The position numbers and the translations under genes were made by a program. Of a stretch of DNA of 64,000 nucleotides, positions 15,864 through 29,806 are shown in pieces. Location: positions 28,520,001-28,584,000 of the forward strand of contig CM022673.1 of assembly GCA_012295275.1 (NCBI GenBank). Direction: 5' to 3'. The stretch is from Chrysomallon squamiferum (lineage: Eukaryota; Animalia; Mollusca). Below the pieces are notes generated by a model. The model was not told the DNA's origin, did not search any database, and worked only from the letters and a program-made list of their open reading frames with translations. Every line of letters begins with the position of its first letter. Position 1 is the first letter of the stretch.

Positions 15864-16992
15864 ATTCATACACACATACACACACCCACACAGATATGCA
15901 TACATAATTATAAGCTTACACTTAGTTAACAGTGTGTGACGTAAATTATTTTTTATTTTTAGATTAGCAAACATAAAATAACGCACCAGCTGTCTTTTAT
16001 TTAATGTAATTTTTTTTTTTTTAAATTATTTTTTTTGTCTGGTACTTGAAGCAAAAATATGGCTGATATTGACGAATTTGTCTTTTGGTTAAATATATCG
16101 ATGTTTCACCGGTGTAATTTTTTTTCATTTATTTATTTATTTATTTATTTATTAGTTTTGGGGTTTTTTCTTGGTTTTCTTTTTCTCCAATTTTGTCACA
16201 CTCTCTTTCGTTTTTCTTTTCTTTTAACTTTTACAACCTTTTAAATTTGTTCTTTGTTTTAAGCACATTCACTTTTATATCGTTTTATGGGTCTTTATTC
16301 AACTGTTTGTTAAGAGAAAAAAAAAAAAAAAAAAAAACAATGAGTAGCAGACTAACACGTCATTCAGCTGACACGCAGGGTCGAACTCGCATCCCTGCAA
16401 ACACTACAGCGTCACCGTGGCTAGTTATACTTACAGTGCTGAGTAGCTGGAACAAACAAAACGTATAAACTTGCAACGTTACTTGTCACCGATGAAAACC
16501 AGGGCACAAACTGGAGTCAGAGAGAGAGAGAGTGAGATGTGTGTGTGTGCACTTTTATACGTGAGATAAGATGAACGAGATTTGAGAGCCGGTATCACTC
16601 AGCCTTGGAAGGAACGTGAGGCCAACCATCACGGATGAAGCCGATGTGAATGGAGACTACTGGTAGACCCGATTCTTGTGTGACCATGAAACAGATATTG
16701 GGTTTCGTCAGTCGCGGGAAACACAACCGACTTCGTAACGAAGTGTTCAAGTCATTGAAATGACCGTGTTCTTTCCGCCTCGTTTTATTTTTTTTTTTTT
16801 TTTTTTTTTTTCTTTCAGCGGCTTTCCTGCTTCCAAATAGAACCATATTTTCACGTCACAGTTCTTTGAGTTAGAACCAAGTTTGTTTGTCTGTACGTGT
16901 CTCCAGGAATCTCTTCGTTAGGAATATTCCCTGTGTATATTTATAATATACTGTTGATTTATTTATTTTTTTTGTTTCTTTATGTTCTTTTT

Positions 16993-17027
<35 letters not shown>

Positions 17028-17465
17028 TTTTAATTTTATTTATTTATTTCATTTGAACTGAAATTTCATACCAGTGATTTATTTCCTTAAACAAAAGAAC
17101 AGATTTACATGATCATAAGCTGGGGATTTTAAGCTTCGACGTAATCATATTATTCATTTTATATTTACACTTATTTAATCAGTTCACTTATAATTAAATA
17201 ATAGGTATTGATCGCCTTCGTTCAGGATTTACATTAATCACAGTCAGTGAAGACATTCACACGTAATTTTAATTTATTATCTTACATCTTTTACGAAAAT
17301 TTCCGAAAACATGCATGCATCTTTACTGTTGGAAATTTCGTTTCTAAAATATTTATCCATTTTTTTAAAATCAGCAGTCAGACAAAAGAGTCCGTGCATA
17401 CATGAGTTAGAAGACAATGGTGATGATATATTTTCATTTCTGAATCTAACCTGTGAGGATTTTTG

Positions 17466-17580
17466 TCAAAAGCCGTGGAATGAGCTTCCTTGCGCTACAA
17501 GATAGAGCATGTAAAAGATTCCTTGCTGCTAACTGATAAAAACAGCCACTGAAGTTAACCAATATGGTTTCCTCCCTCCC
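17466..17580 (+). mobile_element. Degenerate SINE-like dispersed repeat fragment
   Basis: The core aaaagattccttgctgctaa (17513-17532) recurs in diverged form at 26976 (+), 44778 (+) and 58403 (-). From memory it resembles the central domain of mollusc tRNA-derived SINEs; this is unverified. Confidence 0.5.
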
Positions 17581-17604
17581 TCTCTCTCTCTCTCTCTCTC
17601 TAAA

Positions 17605-17654
<50 letters not shown>

Positions 17655-17712
17655 ACACACCTATACAAACACACACACACTAAAATTGTTGCAAAACGTC
17701 AAAGCATCATAC

Positions 17713-17997
17713 CTCGTTCAATCATGTATGGAGTATGGGGCCAGGAGTCATCAGTTAGAAAGGTGACTTTGGCCAGAGATGCCACTGGGATTCTGTTTTT
17801 CGTGTCGAAGATTGTACCATAGTACGCGTTCTTGTAGCCAAACGCTCTTCCGTACTTGCTCTCTTTCGCAAACCTCTGACATATAAACGAATACTGCGAG
17901 TCGATTTCCGACAGACTACATGGAATTCTGCCATAAATAAAATCTAAAAATAAACAAACTTCTATAAGAGAATCAAGCATGTGGAGGTATTTTGTGG
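17713..17997 (-). pseudogene. Isolated duplicate of the endonuclease-domain exon (gene fragment or distal alternative exon)
   Basis: 17699-17916 matches 53057-53274 at 217/218 nt and has the same donor CGAG|gtatga. In-frame phase-1 acceptors lie at 17943 (ttttag) and 17997 (cccacag). No copy of the last exon is seen in the window. Confidence 0.7.
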
Positions 17998-18347
17998 CTG
18001 TGGGCAGAAGACATAAGGCATAGTGAATAGACAGGGGAGATGGTTGAAAAGAAAGGTAAAGAAGAGAAAAATAAAAATTACAAACTTAAAGGATTTTTGA
18101 ATTCTAGGTATACTGAAGTTGATACATCTTGTATATCTTGGAGCTTCAGTTTTCTGCAAAAAAAAACAGTGTTAACATCAGTCTTTTAAAGAAAAACAGG
18201 GATGCAGTGATCATGCATCTCTGCAAATATTTTAGATAGGAGCAGCTGTTTAACTATGTTCTAAGAATGGTAAGTTAGCATTCAACAAAAACATTTACTT
18301 GTTAATGTCAGAAATTATTATATACTCTCACTTCCAAATATACACAT

Positions 18348-18861
<514 letters not shown>

Positions 18862-19819
18862 AAAATTTAAATTTCTTCCAGGTACCATTCTAACAGTAGA
18901 TTTTAACTGCTGACATTTTTTCCATCAACAATTTAACCGCTGACGTTTTATTTGTGTCTATATATAAACAACCAGTACATCAAATTACTGAACCACAAAA
19001 AAATGTACTCTGCAATGGATGTTGCTGGAGGCATAGTATGTTGTACATTAATCTTATTGAACTGTAGGACTAATAACAATACAAAATAAAATTAAAAAAT
19101 AATAATAATAAATTATTTTATATATATATTTATAAATCAACTGTATTAAGCCATTTTCAGTAGGGAAAATAAGTTTGTATGTGAGTGTATAAAAATAATA
19201 TAAAGCTAGTTAAAAAAAAATATATATATATATTCAGAGACATATTTCTTGTTTAATATATGTATATAATTTAGAAATAATATATTTTCTGGTATAAAAC
19301 AGTATTGGGAGAAATGTAATTACTGTGAGTAAAATACATAATAAGATTATCTCGTATCCTACAGCACATCAATAACAGCTTGGAAAGAATTGAATTTAGA
19401 GAAATATCATTACCTACGAACCACTTTGCTGCTGTTGCAAATATAATTACTTCATTGCTAGTACAAACAAGTAAATATGGATTTGTGACAGTAAACATTT
19501 TTACCAGGCACGTTCAATTTGAAAACTAGATTACTGATGATGGGATTGTGTGCTGGGAAATATGCCTTTTTCTGTTTCGCAGTCGTCCTGTTTTATGCAC
19601 TCGTTATAAAGCGTTAACGAACTAGTTACGTTCGATTTCCAATTAGCAGTTGCAGGTTTCATATTATGGCACAAAACTAATTAGTGCTGACTTGTTTTTT
19701 TTTGTTTTTTTTTTTACTGACAGTTGTTTTATAAGTTTAACTGAACTGGGTATTGTACGTAAATATTTTATAATTTTGTGAATAGTAACCGGACTCTTTG
19801 TCGGTAAGTTTTGAAACTT

Positions 19820-19856
<37 letters not shown>

Positions 19857-19929
19857 ATTTGATAATGGTTTTGTAATATGACTACGATCATCCCATGTGA
19901 TTTGAATATCGGGATTTTAACACGATTTA

Positions 19930-20160
19930 TCATCATCATCATCATCATCATCATCATTTTCCTGTTGCGCCTGGTTACATTCCAGGGTTCAGCCAATTCC
20001 ATCGACGCCGTTCTGTTTCTTTGCCAGGTTCTTAGCTGTCGTCAAGCTCTGACGTCATTGCTTCAGCAGTTCTGGCGACGTTTTCTTTTGCCTTTTCTCC
20101 CTTCAGAGCACAAATCCACAGGAGTGTTTGACTATTCATGCGTCGTCTTTTCTTATCATA
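19930..20160 (-). mobile_element. Possible decayed 3' end of an RTE-clade LINE
   Basis: A GC-richer patch with broken basic peptides (QTLLW...; NRTASMELAEPW) runs directly into an (ATG)n tail, the arrangement typical of RTE 3' ends. The assignment is by resemblance only. Confidence 0.35.
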
Positions 20161-20306
20161 TGACAAAATCATTTCCACCGTCTTATAAGCATAACGACAT
20201 ACATGACTTACCGACTGGTTTACTCAAGTAGTTGTTTGTTGGAAAGTCTTTTGAATATATATATATATATATAAAGGGTGAGAGTGAGAGGAGGAGGGAG
20301 GGAGAG

Positions 20307-20468
<162 letters not shown>

Positions 20469-20869
20469 ATCAGCAGAATAGTGGATAAATGGTCCACTAT
20501 ATATATATATATATATATGCACTAACATACTAACATTGTGACAATGAATTTCTCATCTTTCTTTGGATATTTGTTTTATTTTATCATTAAAGCGTATTAC
20601 GTGTCGTACCTAATTCTCGTATTATACATCAACTGATCGTTTATTTGCATTGCTTCGTAAACTGGGAACAATATGCTGTGTCCCTTGACAATCCATTTGA
20701 AATAACCACTGATAACAGCCGCCTCTTTGTTCCTTCAGCCCGCCTGATATGTGTAACACAGACAGCAATTAATTACGCTTTGCAAAGATTACTGCTATTA
20801 CTGCTACTACGACTACTGCTACAACTACAACTGTTACTATGCCTTCTTTTTCACCAACAACTGCTACAG

Positions 20870-21092
20870 TTTGCTATTATTACATATATTTAATTTACTT
20901 ATTTGTAATTTTTGTTTTATATATATAAATAAATAAACAAGTGAATTAATGACTAAATGAATAAATACATATAAAAATAAGTAAATACAAAATATATGTT
21001 TATATGTGTGTTTGTGTGTTTGTGTATATATGTGTATTTGCTATTATTACATATATTTAATTTACTTATTTTTAATTTTTGTTTTATATATC

Positions 21093-21138
<46 letters not shown>

Positions 21139-21225
21139 ACACACATATAAACATATATTTTGTATTTACTTATTTTTATATGTATTTATTCATTTAGTCA
21201 TTAATTCACCTGTTTATTTATTTAT
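20870..21225. repeat. Combined direct and inverted local duplication (A-B'-A-B)
   Basis: Direct copies of ~55 bp start at 20870 and 21037. Inverted arms of ~89 bp lie at 20925-21013 and 21137-21225, with one mismatch. Confidence 0.9.
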
Positions 21226-21392
21226 GATGTTTGTTTTGCGTAATAATTTAATGTGATCTTTCGCAGGTTTGTATTCGAATCGATTTAGAATGATAAAAAT
21301 AACAACAAACAAATGCATGATTATCACGATTAGGCCAACATATGCAATATTTAATTCCATGCCGATTTTGAATAGCTTTGCGTTTGCTTACA

Positions 21393-21455
<63 letters not shown>

Positions 21456-21958
21456 CACACACACAGATACATACTACACATATAGACATTTTTACATATA
21501 TGTGTGGGTGTGTATGTATGTATATATATATATATATGTATGTGTGTGTATATATATATGTATATATATATGTGTAACTCAGAACAGCCGTGTGCTTGGA
21601 TGCAGGTAATCTTTCTCTCGTTGTGAAATCTGACCGCTGGGGTCACGGCAAAGTAAATAATTGTTTGTGTTGCGTTACACGTAGAGCGCATTCGTGTTGT
21701 GGGAGATTTCTGTAGCAGGTTCGTACCATTCATGGTTCTTGTAGGTGACTAACAGCGTTCTCAAAGTACATTGCAGCGATATACATTTAAGTCTTTTCTT
21801 TTTAATTTCGTTCAGTTTAATGTTGTTGTTTTTTATTTTTTTTTTTTAATTTTATTTTTTTTTTTTTTATTTATTTAATTTTTTTTTTTTTTTTTTTTTT
21901 TATATTATTTTTTTATTTATTTATCTATTTATTTTTAATTTTCAAAATTTTTTAATTT

Positions 21959-22003
<45 letters not shown>

Positions 22004-22327
22004 TTTTTCTTCATTGATTTGTATTTATATTTATTTTGAAATTTTATATTTTAAACTCGGCTTGTGTTTCTTTTTATTTTGCGTGTATATATATATATAT
22101 ATATTAATCAAAATAATACTGATGGTAGTATAATGGAAGTAGCAGTAGCGGCATCAGAAGTAGTTCTGGTTGTAGTAGTAGTAGCAGTAGTAGTTGTAGT
22201 TGTAAATATTTAAACTGACCCATTCACGTTTCTGTTCTATTTGAAGTGCTGATAGCAGCTTTTCCCCTCTGTTTGTTTTCTTTCTGTATCCATCCTTTAT
22301 TTTATTTTATTTTTTCCTTTTATTATA

Positions 22328-22403
<76 letters not shown>

Positions 22404-23029
22404 GTTGTTGTTGGTGTTATTGTTGTTATTATTATTATTATTATCACGACCATTATGACCATCAAGACCATAATCATCGCTATCTTCATCATCATCATCA
22501 TATTCATCATAATCATCATCATCATCATCATCGTTATCGGATACCTCCACTGAAATAAAAACGTTTATTTAATCTGCTGCAACCGTTTTCAGGTAATTCA
22601 ATCACTATCATCGTATGTCTGTATACATCTCTCATTAATATTCTGTATGATAACTTGAAAAAGCTGTTACTGACATGTTGCTTGACTATAAAACGAAAAT
22701 GTTGATTATTCTCTCTCTGCTCCACTTAACATATTATTCAGTCTATTATACATGAACTGTCGTGCGATGATCATATGTGCAAGATAAGAAGCAAACAATT
22801 TTTTTGCTGCTGTTGTTTTTGATTACGCTTGTACATTCCATTGTTGTCGTATTTAAACTTCGATTCAGGTATAGGCGGTTATGATTTTCTTTTTGCGTCA
22901 TTTAGAAACTGATAAAGGGAAGAAAGAAAGTTAAATTAAAAATTAAAAAAAGAAAGAAATATATATTATCAGCGAAACATGAAATGTGTAAGTTAATGAT
23001 TAATGTAAGTATATATGAAATTTTACCGA

Positions 23030-23183
<154 letters not shown>

Positions 23184-23807
23184 ATTTGGAATGCTCAACA
23201 AAAACAGATGCTTATAAAGATACTATAAAAATAACTTTTTCTTCGACAGTTATCGTCTTTGATTCTGTATCTTCAGTTATCAGTAATTGCAGAATTATGT
23301 AACATTTCTTTCGATTCATTACATATCGCGAACAGATGTGTGTGTATGTGTGGGGTTCTGTAAGGATTTTTTTTTTTTTTTTTTTTTTTTTTCGGTTAAT
23401 AAGTTTTTAATTCCAGGTCTATCACACTGATAGCTGTCTACCGATCAACTGCGAATTGATTCGCTTAATGATAGAAAAAAAAAAAAAAAAAAAAAAAAAA
23501 AATTCACGTCGCTATTCATTTACTTGAAACCAATCGAATGGCGTGACCTCATAGTCGGACGGTTCTAATTCTCGCTGCGCCGTTTGAAGAAAAAGAAAAA
23601 TGATTGTTTCGCTGTCGCGAGGACCAGCAAATGCAGCGTGTAAATAAGGTAGCAGTAGTTTTGCTTTACTGAATACGAATAACTAAACAGGATAACACTA
23701 ATATCCCAAAACGCACTTTCACTGTACATCATTTAAGCAACCCCATGAAAAGAAAAAGAAAAGAAAAAAGAAAAAAAAAAGAAAAAAGAAAAATGAAATA
23801 AAGAAAT

Positions 23808-23887
<80 letters not shown>

Positions 23888-25003
23888 GATAAAATATATT
23901 GAATGCAGGAAGTGTTTTGTTCATAACTGTCGGTGAAAAAACATGACGATAAGTTGGTTATCTCCCTTTATCCTATCATTTTTCAGATGCATCAGACACT
24001 TGAACAGAAATAACACAACTTAGGAAATAAAATACTGTTCATGTTTTCTTATTCAGTTAGCGTACAATACACGGAACACGCAATAGATAGTTTATGTTCT
24101 TACGTTTGAAAAGTTTATAGATATAAACTTGTGTACAGTTCTGTTCTTAAGCATGGAGGAATACTTTAGACTTTAAGTTTGTTTATCATTTTATTTTGAA
24201 TGTACAATTTTTTACCATACATACTATGAGTGATTCTGATTTTAATTTCTGAATTTGCTGTTTTCTTTCATTTACTGCAAGGTATTACTAATAATACTGT
24301 TACTACAAAGATGTATCGTCATAGACGTCATTTTATTTATTTATTTATTTATTAATATCAGTTCTACAGTTTTGTGACATCATTTATTTTTAATGGGCAA
24401 ATGTTTTATAATGAACTGATAAATAAATTTAATGAGCGTTTCAGTTATGAATTCATAGAGCGACTTTATTTATTTATTTATTTATTTTATTTTATTTCGC
24501 TCTTTGTTTTCGATTAACTTATTTAACTCTTTGTATGACGTATTATTATATTGTACTATTTTTCTGCGTCATGTGTTACGTCATGTTATATCATGACGTG
24601 GCATTTGATTTATCGTTATATATCGTTATATGTTATACTGTATTGTTTTATATAGCTGTTATATGTGACTGCTGTGAGTATAACAGGTTTAAGCATTATG
24701 TGTTTTATAACAATGAAATACACACGTTTAACCAAATATTTTTTTTTTTATTTTTTTTTTTAACAAATTCCTATCCCTTGAACAAAAATACTTTAATTTC
24801 AGTGTGCCAACTAAAACAATTAAATTCAGAAAATGGCAGGACACAACCCAATTATATACCGGATACATGTGTTTTGATGAAGTTAATTTCACTGCAAAGG
24901 AAAAAAAAAAAATGAAAAATAGAAAGAAAAATATTCAAAATACCTTTTATAAGCACATTAAGCAAGACTTCAGACAGAAGCCAAATTACAAAACTTAACC
25001 AAG

Positions 25004-25072
<69 letters not shown>

Positions 25073-26089
25073 TTTCTGAGAGTGATCGTGTTTTCAGTGT
25101 CATGGTTTCTTTCTTTTATTCCCCTCCGCATTTTCTGTTTTCTTTTCTTCTTCTTCTACATTTTTTTATTTTTTTTTTTTATTATTATTTTTTTTATTGT
25201 TATTTATTTTATTTTGTGACTAGATCACATATAACAGAATATGGAATCTTTCTAATTTGTCCTTTCATTATCAATCAGATGAACCCAATAATCGGAACGT
25301 TCTCAAAAGATAAATGCTGAAAATAAGCGTTAATCGCTTTTGATTTTGGTGGTGATGGTGATGATGGTGCTAGCAGCAGCAAAAGCAGTAGTAGTGGTAC
25401 TAGGAGTAATAGTTTTCTTATTGTTAGTACAGTAGTAGCAGTAGTAGAAGAAGAAATACTAGCACGTATAGTGAATTACGGTGTAGAAATTAATTATACT
25501 TAAAATATATTGATATCTGCATTTGATTAAAACAACACGTGTTTTTGTTTTATATAGATATAAAAATAGATTACGTAATCGCACAATCTTATCACACGTC
25601 AAATAAACTGGATGGTGACATGTACATGGTGTAATTTCGAGCAGATATCAAACGTGTACAGAACAGACAACGTTATGTAAATAATGAAACCACTAGATAG
25701 ATATATATATTTACACCGGTACAAGTTTACGTTTTGACTGGTATCGTTTCGGTAATTTGTGGTAGCTAATAATCCTGTTTGTTTTCATGTCGTGATGTGT
25801 GACAGTCATTAGCGACATGTGGCAGAAAGTCAGTAACCTGGCGAGATTAAAACAACTTGTTTTGAGAGGTTTACGTTTCTCGTTGTAATATTTACTATTT
25901 TTTTTTTTTTAACAAAGCACAGGCTGTAATACACTGGTGATATTTGGTCGTGGTTTGTGTGTGATCACCAGTAACTGCAGCGCATTCAGTTTGTGTGAAT
26001 CAGGGAAGCGAATAACCGACTGTTGTTTCCTGGAAGTGTGAAATAATTTATGTGTTTTAATCTTGAGTGAATGAATATAAGTACATTTC

Positions 26090-26121
<32 letters not shown>

Positions 26122-26589
26122 TCATATATATAAAATATAAATAAATATATATTTTTTTTTTTTATCGAAATTACATATCGATTTGACAGAGGACTATAAC
26201 TTAGCAAAATCTTAGAAAAAGCTGACAGCAAGTTTGAATACAGCGCCGTTTAATTTTTGTCTCTGGTGTTACCCACCTTTTGTTAGCTGAGTAATACTGT
26301 ACTGCATAACTGCATGAATCATGCCTTCACTTCGAGCTATTCGTGGCATGCTTATTATTCGACACCTCAGTCTATGTGCATAGACCTTTTCTGACGTGAT
26401 CAGTAAAGACAGGGAAAAAAAAAACAGAAGTCGTGTATTTAAATAGTACTAATGTGACAGGTAGTGGCGGAGTTAAATATGAGATACATGAGCTATTGTT
26501 TAAGGATACGCAATCAATATATATATATATATATATATATAAAGTGTAATATTAAATTCAGCATAAATATTTTGGCAAACAAGGTAATT

Positions 26590-26680
<91 letters not shown>

Positions 26681-26687
26681 TATATTT

Positions 26688-26718
<31 letters not shown>

Positions 26719-26924
26719 TTTATTTATTTATTAAATTTTATAAATATTATTATCATCATCAGTCATCTTTATCATAGTCATCGTCATCATTATTATTATT
26801 ATTACTATTGTTATTATTTAGAAAAATAAATAAATTAATTAAAAATAATTACAACTGCAGGGATATTCAGCTTTTATCGTGTCTTTTGAAAAGTAGTATA
26901 ATAGCCTATTGTGTTAGTTTTCCT

Positions 26925-27045
26925 GTGTGGGTTTTCCTGTGTATGCGTAGGTGCATATATTATTACTTGTACTTAAAAAGGCGCCTTGCTGTTAAATGTT
27001 AAAATTAGTTCATGGAAGGGCGGTAGGAGGTTAGTTTTCTTATCA
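26925..27045 (+). mobile_element. Degenerate SINE-like fragment (same family)
   Basis: gtgcatat...aaaaggcgccttgctgttaa...tagttcatggaagggcg parallels the 17466 and 44745 copies. Confidence 0.4.
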
Positions 27046-27128
27046 TAATCATAAAAAGGTTTAATTTACATGTATAATTACTTGTACCTACGTATACATT
27101 ATACATACATACATACATATATATATAT

Positions 27129-27232
<104 letters not shown>

Positions 27233-27699
27233 TAGATATATTTGTAATCTTAAATTTATTAACCAACACGGTCACAAAATAAAAATGTCTGTGAATCACA
27301 TTAAAAACTTACTTATTTATTCATTTATTCATGCATTAAGATAACTATCAAGTGGGTCGAATCCATTATTTTCAGAGAAGTGAGTGCCATCACTTTTCTC
27401 TGTACGTTTTTTCACATTGTTGTTTTGTAAAATCACGTGACAGTTGGGGGACACTGTGGGGTCTGTTGTCTCACTCCCCTCGCGACGTTTAATTTATGTT
27501 AATTATATGGAGAGGTCAGACGCTAATTCTGAACCTGATCTTTCGTAACGCTGTACACGGAAAAATCGGTGAAAGGCACGGCACGTTTTATGTCAGAAGG
27601 GTGAAACCTCGCTTTCTTCCGCATTTAGCAAAACAGTTTTAAATATTTTTAGGATTTGACTAAGAGAGGAAAAGAAAAAAAGAAATGTCCGGGTTAAGG

Positions 27700-27783
<84 letters not shown>

Positions 27784-28390
27784 ATATATTCACTGGAGTC
27801 CTGCAATGCAGAACGTTTGGGAATACGTTTTGTATATTAAATAGCTTTTTTTTTGTTTGCGTGTTGTTGTTGTTGTTGTTATATCCGCTTAGCAACAGAG
27901 TTCAAAGGATAACGTTGTTAATGAATGCGAGTGTAACTGACTCAGTCTGATGAGAATATGTGATGGTGAAAATTGATTTGATATGGCTGAAGTTGGTCTA
28001 CTGATTTGACGCTGTGATTCTGCATTTTGTTTTATATACACTTTAAAACGTGGATTTTGCACGTATCGTTTGCTGAGAATTTATATAAAACAGCGTCAAT
28101 TCCATCCGATTTAGACCTATTTTCTGTTCCAGACAGACCTCCACGGTTGGTTTCTCGATATGCATATCTGTATCTGTCTGTCTGTCTGTTTATTTATCTA
28201 TCTATCTATCTGTCTAGCTGTCTGTCTGTCTATCTGCCTCTCTATCTCTTTCTCTACAGTGCCACATAATTGTAGATTAATAGCGAGCTGATTATTTATT
28301 ATTAGTGTAATGTGTTAAAATACTTATTCTTTCTTTCTTTCTTTCTTTTATATTTTTTATTATTTATTATTTATTATTTATTTATTTATT

Positions 28391-28443
<53 letters not shown>

Positions 28444-28800
28444 GATAAAAATCATTACATAACCTGGCAAAATAGCAAATGTTTATTTTACAAGTTTAAG
28501 TTTTGTTATACTTTCAAAATCCATTTATATATTACAACCATCATGTGTTATATCGCAAATAATAATATTATGACAATGCAAATTCTTATCTGACATATGT
28601 GTATACAAACTATATAATATAGTTGTGTGTGTCATTTTATTTTTTTTAAATTATTGTTGTTACGTTTTAAAACATTTGTTTCAGTTATCTATACCAGTTA
28701 CTGATTCGGCATAGCAGACAAAAGGGGAAATTTACAAAATAATAATTTAGTTCTGTTTTCAATTATTTTCTTACTTAATTTAATTATTATTATTATTATA

Positions 28801-28882
<82 letters not shown>

Positions 28883-29806
28883 AGAACATAAATAGGGAAA
28901 TCAAATTCTTACCTGAGTATATATATATATATATATATTCACATGAACACATAAAACGTATACGTATAATAACAAACTAGCAGCATTTTATAAAAAAAAA
29001 TAGTTCCCCAGCGACAGGTAAAACTTCAGATCATGATCACAATACTTTTGTTTTATTTAATTTCTGTTTCCTTTCTCACTTCACAGGTGTGCGGCGACAT
29101 CGAAAATCGACGGGATTAAGTAGCTGCCCCACCCAGGGGCTCAACCCACACAACACATCCGCACCGCCCGCAGTCGTTGTCCGACCTATTAGGAAGTTGT
29201 CCACGCAATAATAACCACTAAACCGGTCGAATCGATGTTCACGATAAAAACACGAGGAGTCCAGATTAATGTCACGTGACTGACGAACAAACCCGGCCAC
29301 CCGCTGCCGAGTCTAGCCGAGACGCTTTATGAAAGCCGAGCGCGTGATCGAGCGAGCGAATGCACTGAGGCGTTGTCGCATTGTTTACAGATGAATTCCT
29401 TGTGAACGCTAAAAACCGGACTCAGTAAAACCTGGGTCGGCGAGACGGGTGGAAAGGAACGAGCTTGGTGTGTGTATGTAGTGTTAACGTATGAGTGCCG
29501 TTTTTTCAGTTCGCTGCTGTGTTTCTGCCCGTGGAGTTTTGTTCACTGGATGAATCGATATTTAACTATAAACTATACACCTATTGGTTTTGTAATGTTT
29601 GTCGTGTTCATGGAGATGACGGATAGTATTATTTCGCCTGTGTAGAAAAAAACAGAAAGAAAAGAAAACAGGGTACTGAACAGATAAACGAGCGGATTTC
29701 GCTTCGCTGTTGTGTTTTGTGTGACCTAAGTAACAACCCGGCCTGTGTCGGAGGGCAAGCTGTATTGTGTTATATATGGGGTACGTCGATACTCGACATT
29801 CACAAC

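Noticed and set aside
17286-17560. Possible continuation exon for the duplicated nuclease exon
   Set aside because: All phase-1 acceptors hit stops quickly, there are no nuclease motifs, and part of the region is a SINE-like fragment.
29717-29806. N-terminal 30 aa of the ORF-track fucosyltransferase
   Set aside because: It starts at a non-ATG codon. The ATG at 29807 gives the expected short tail plus membrane anchor.
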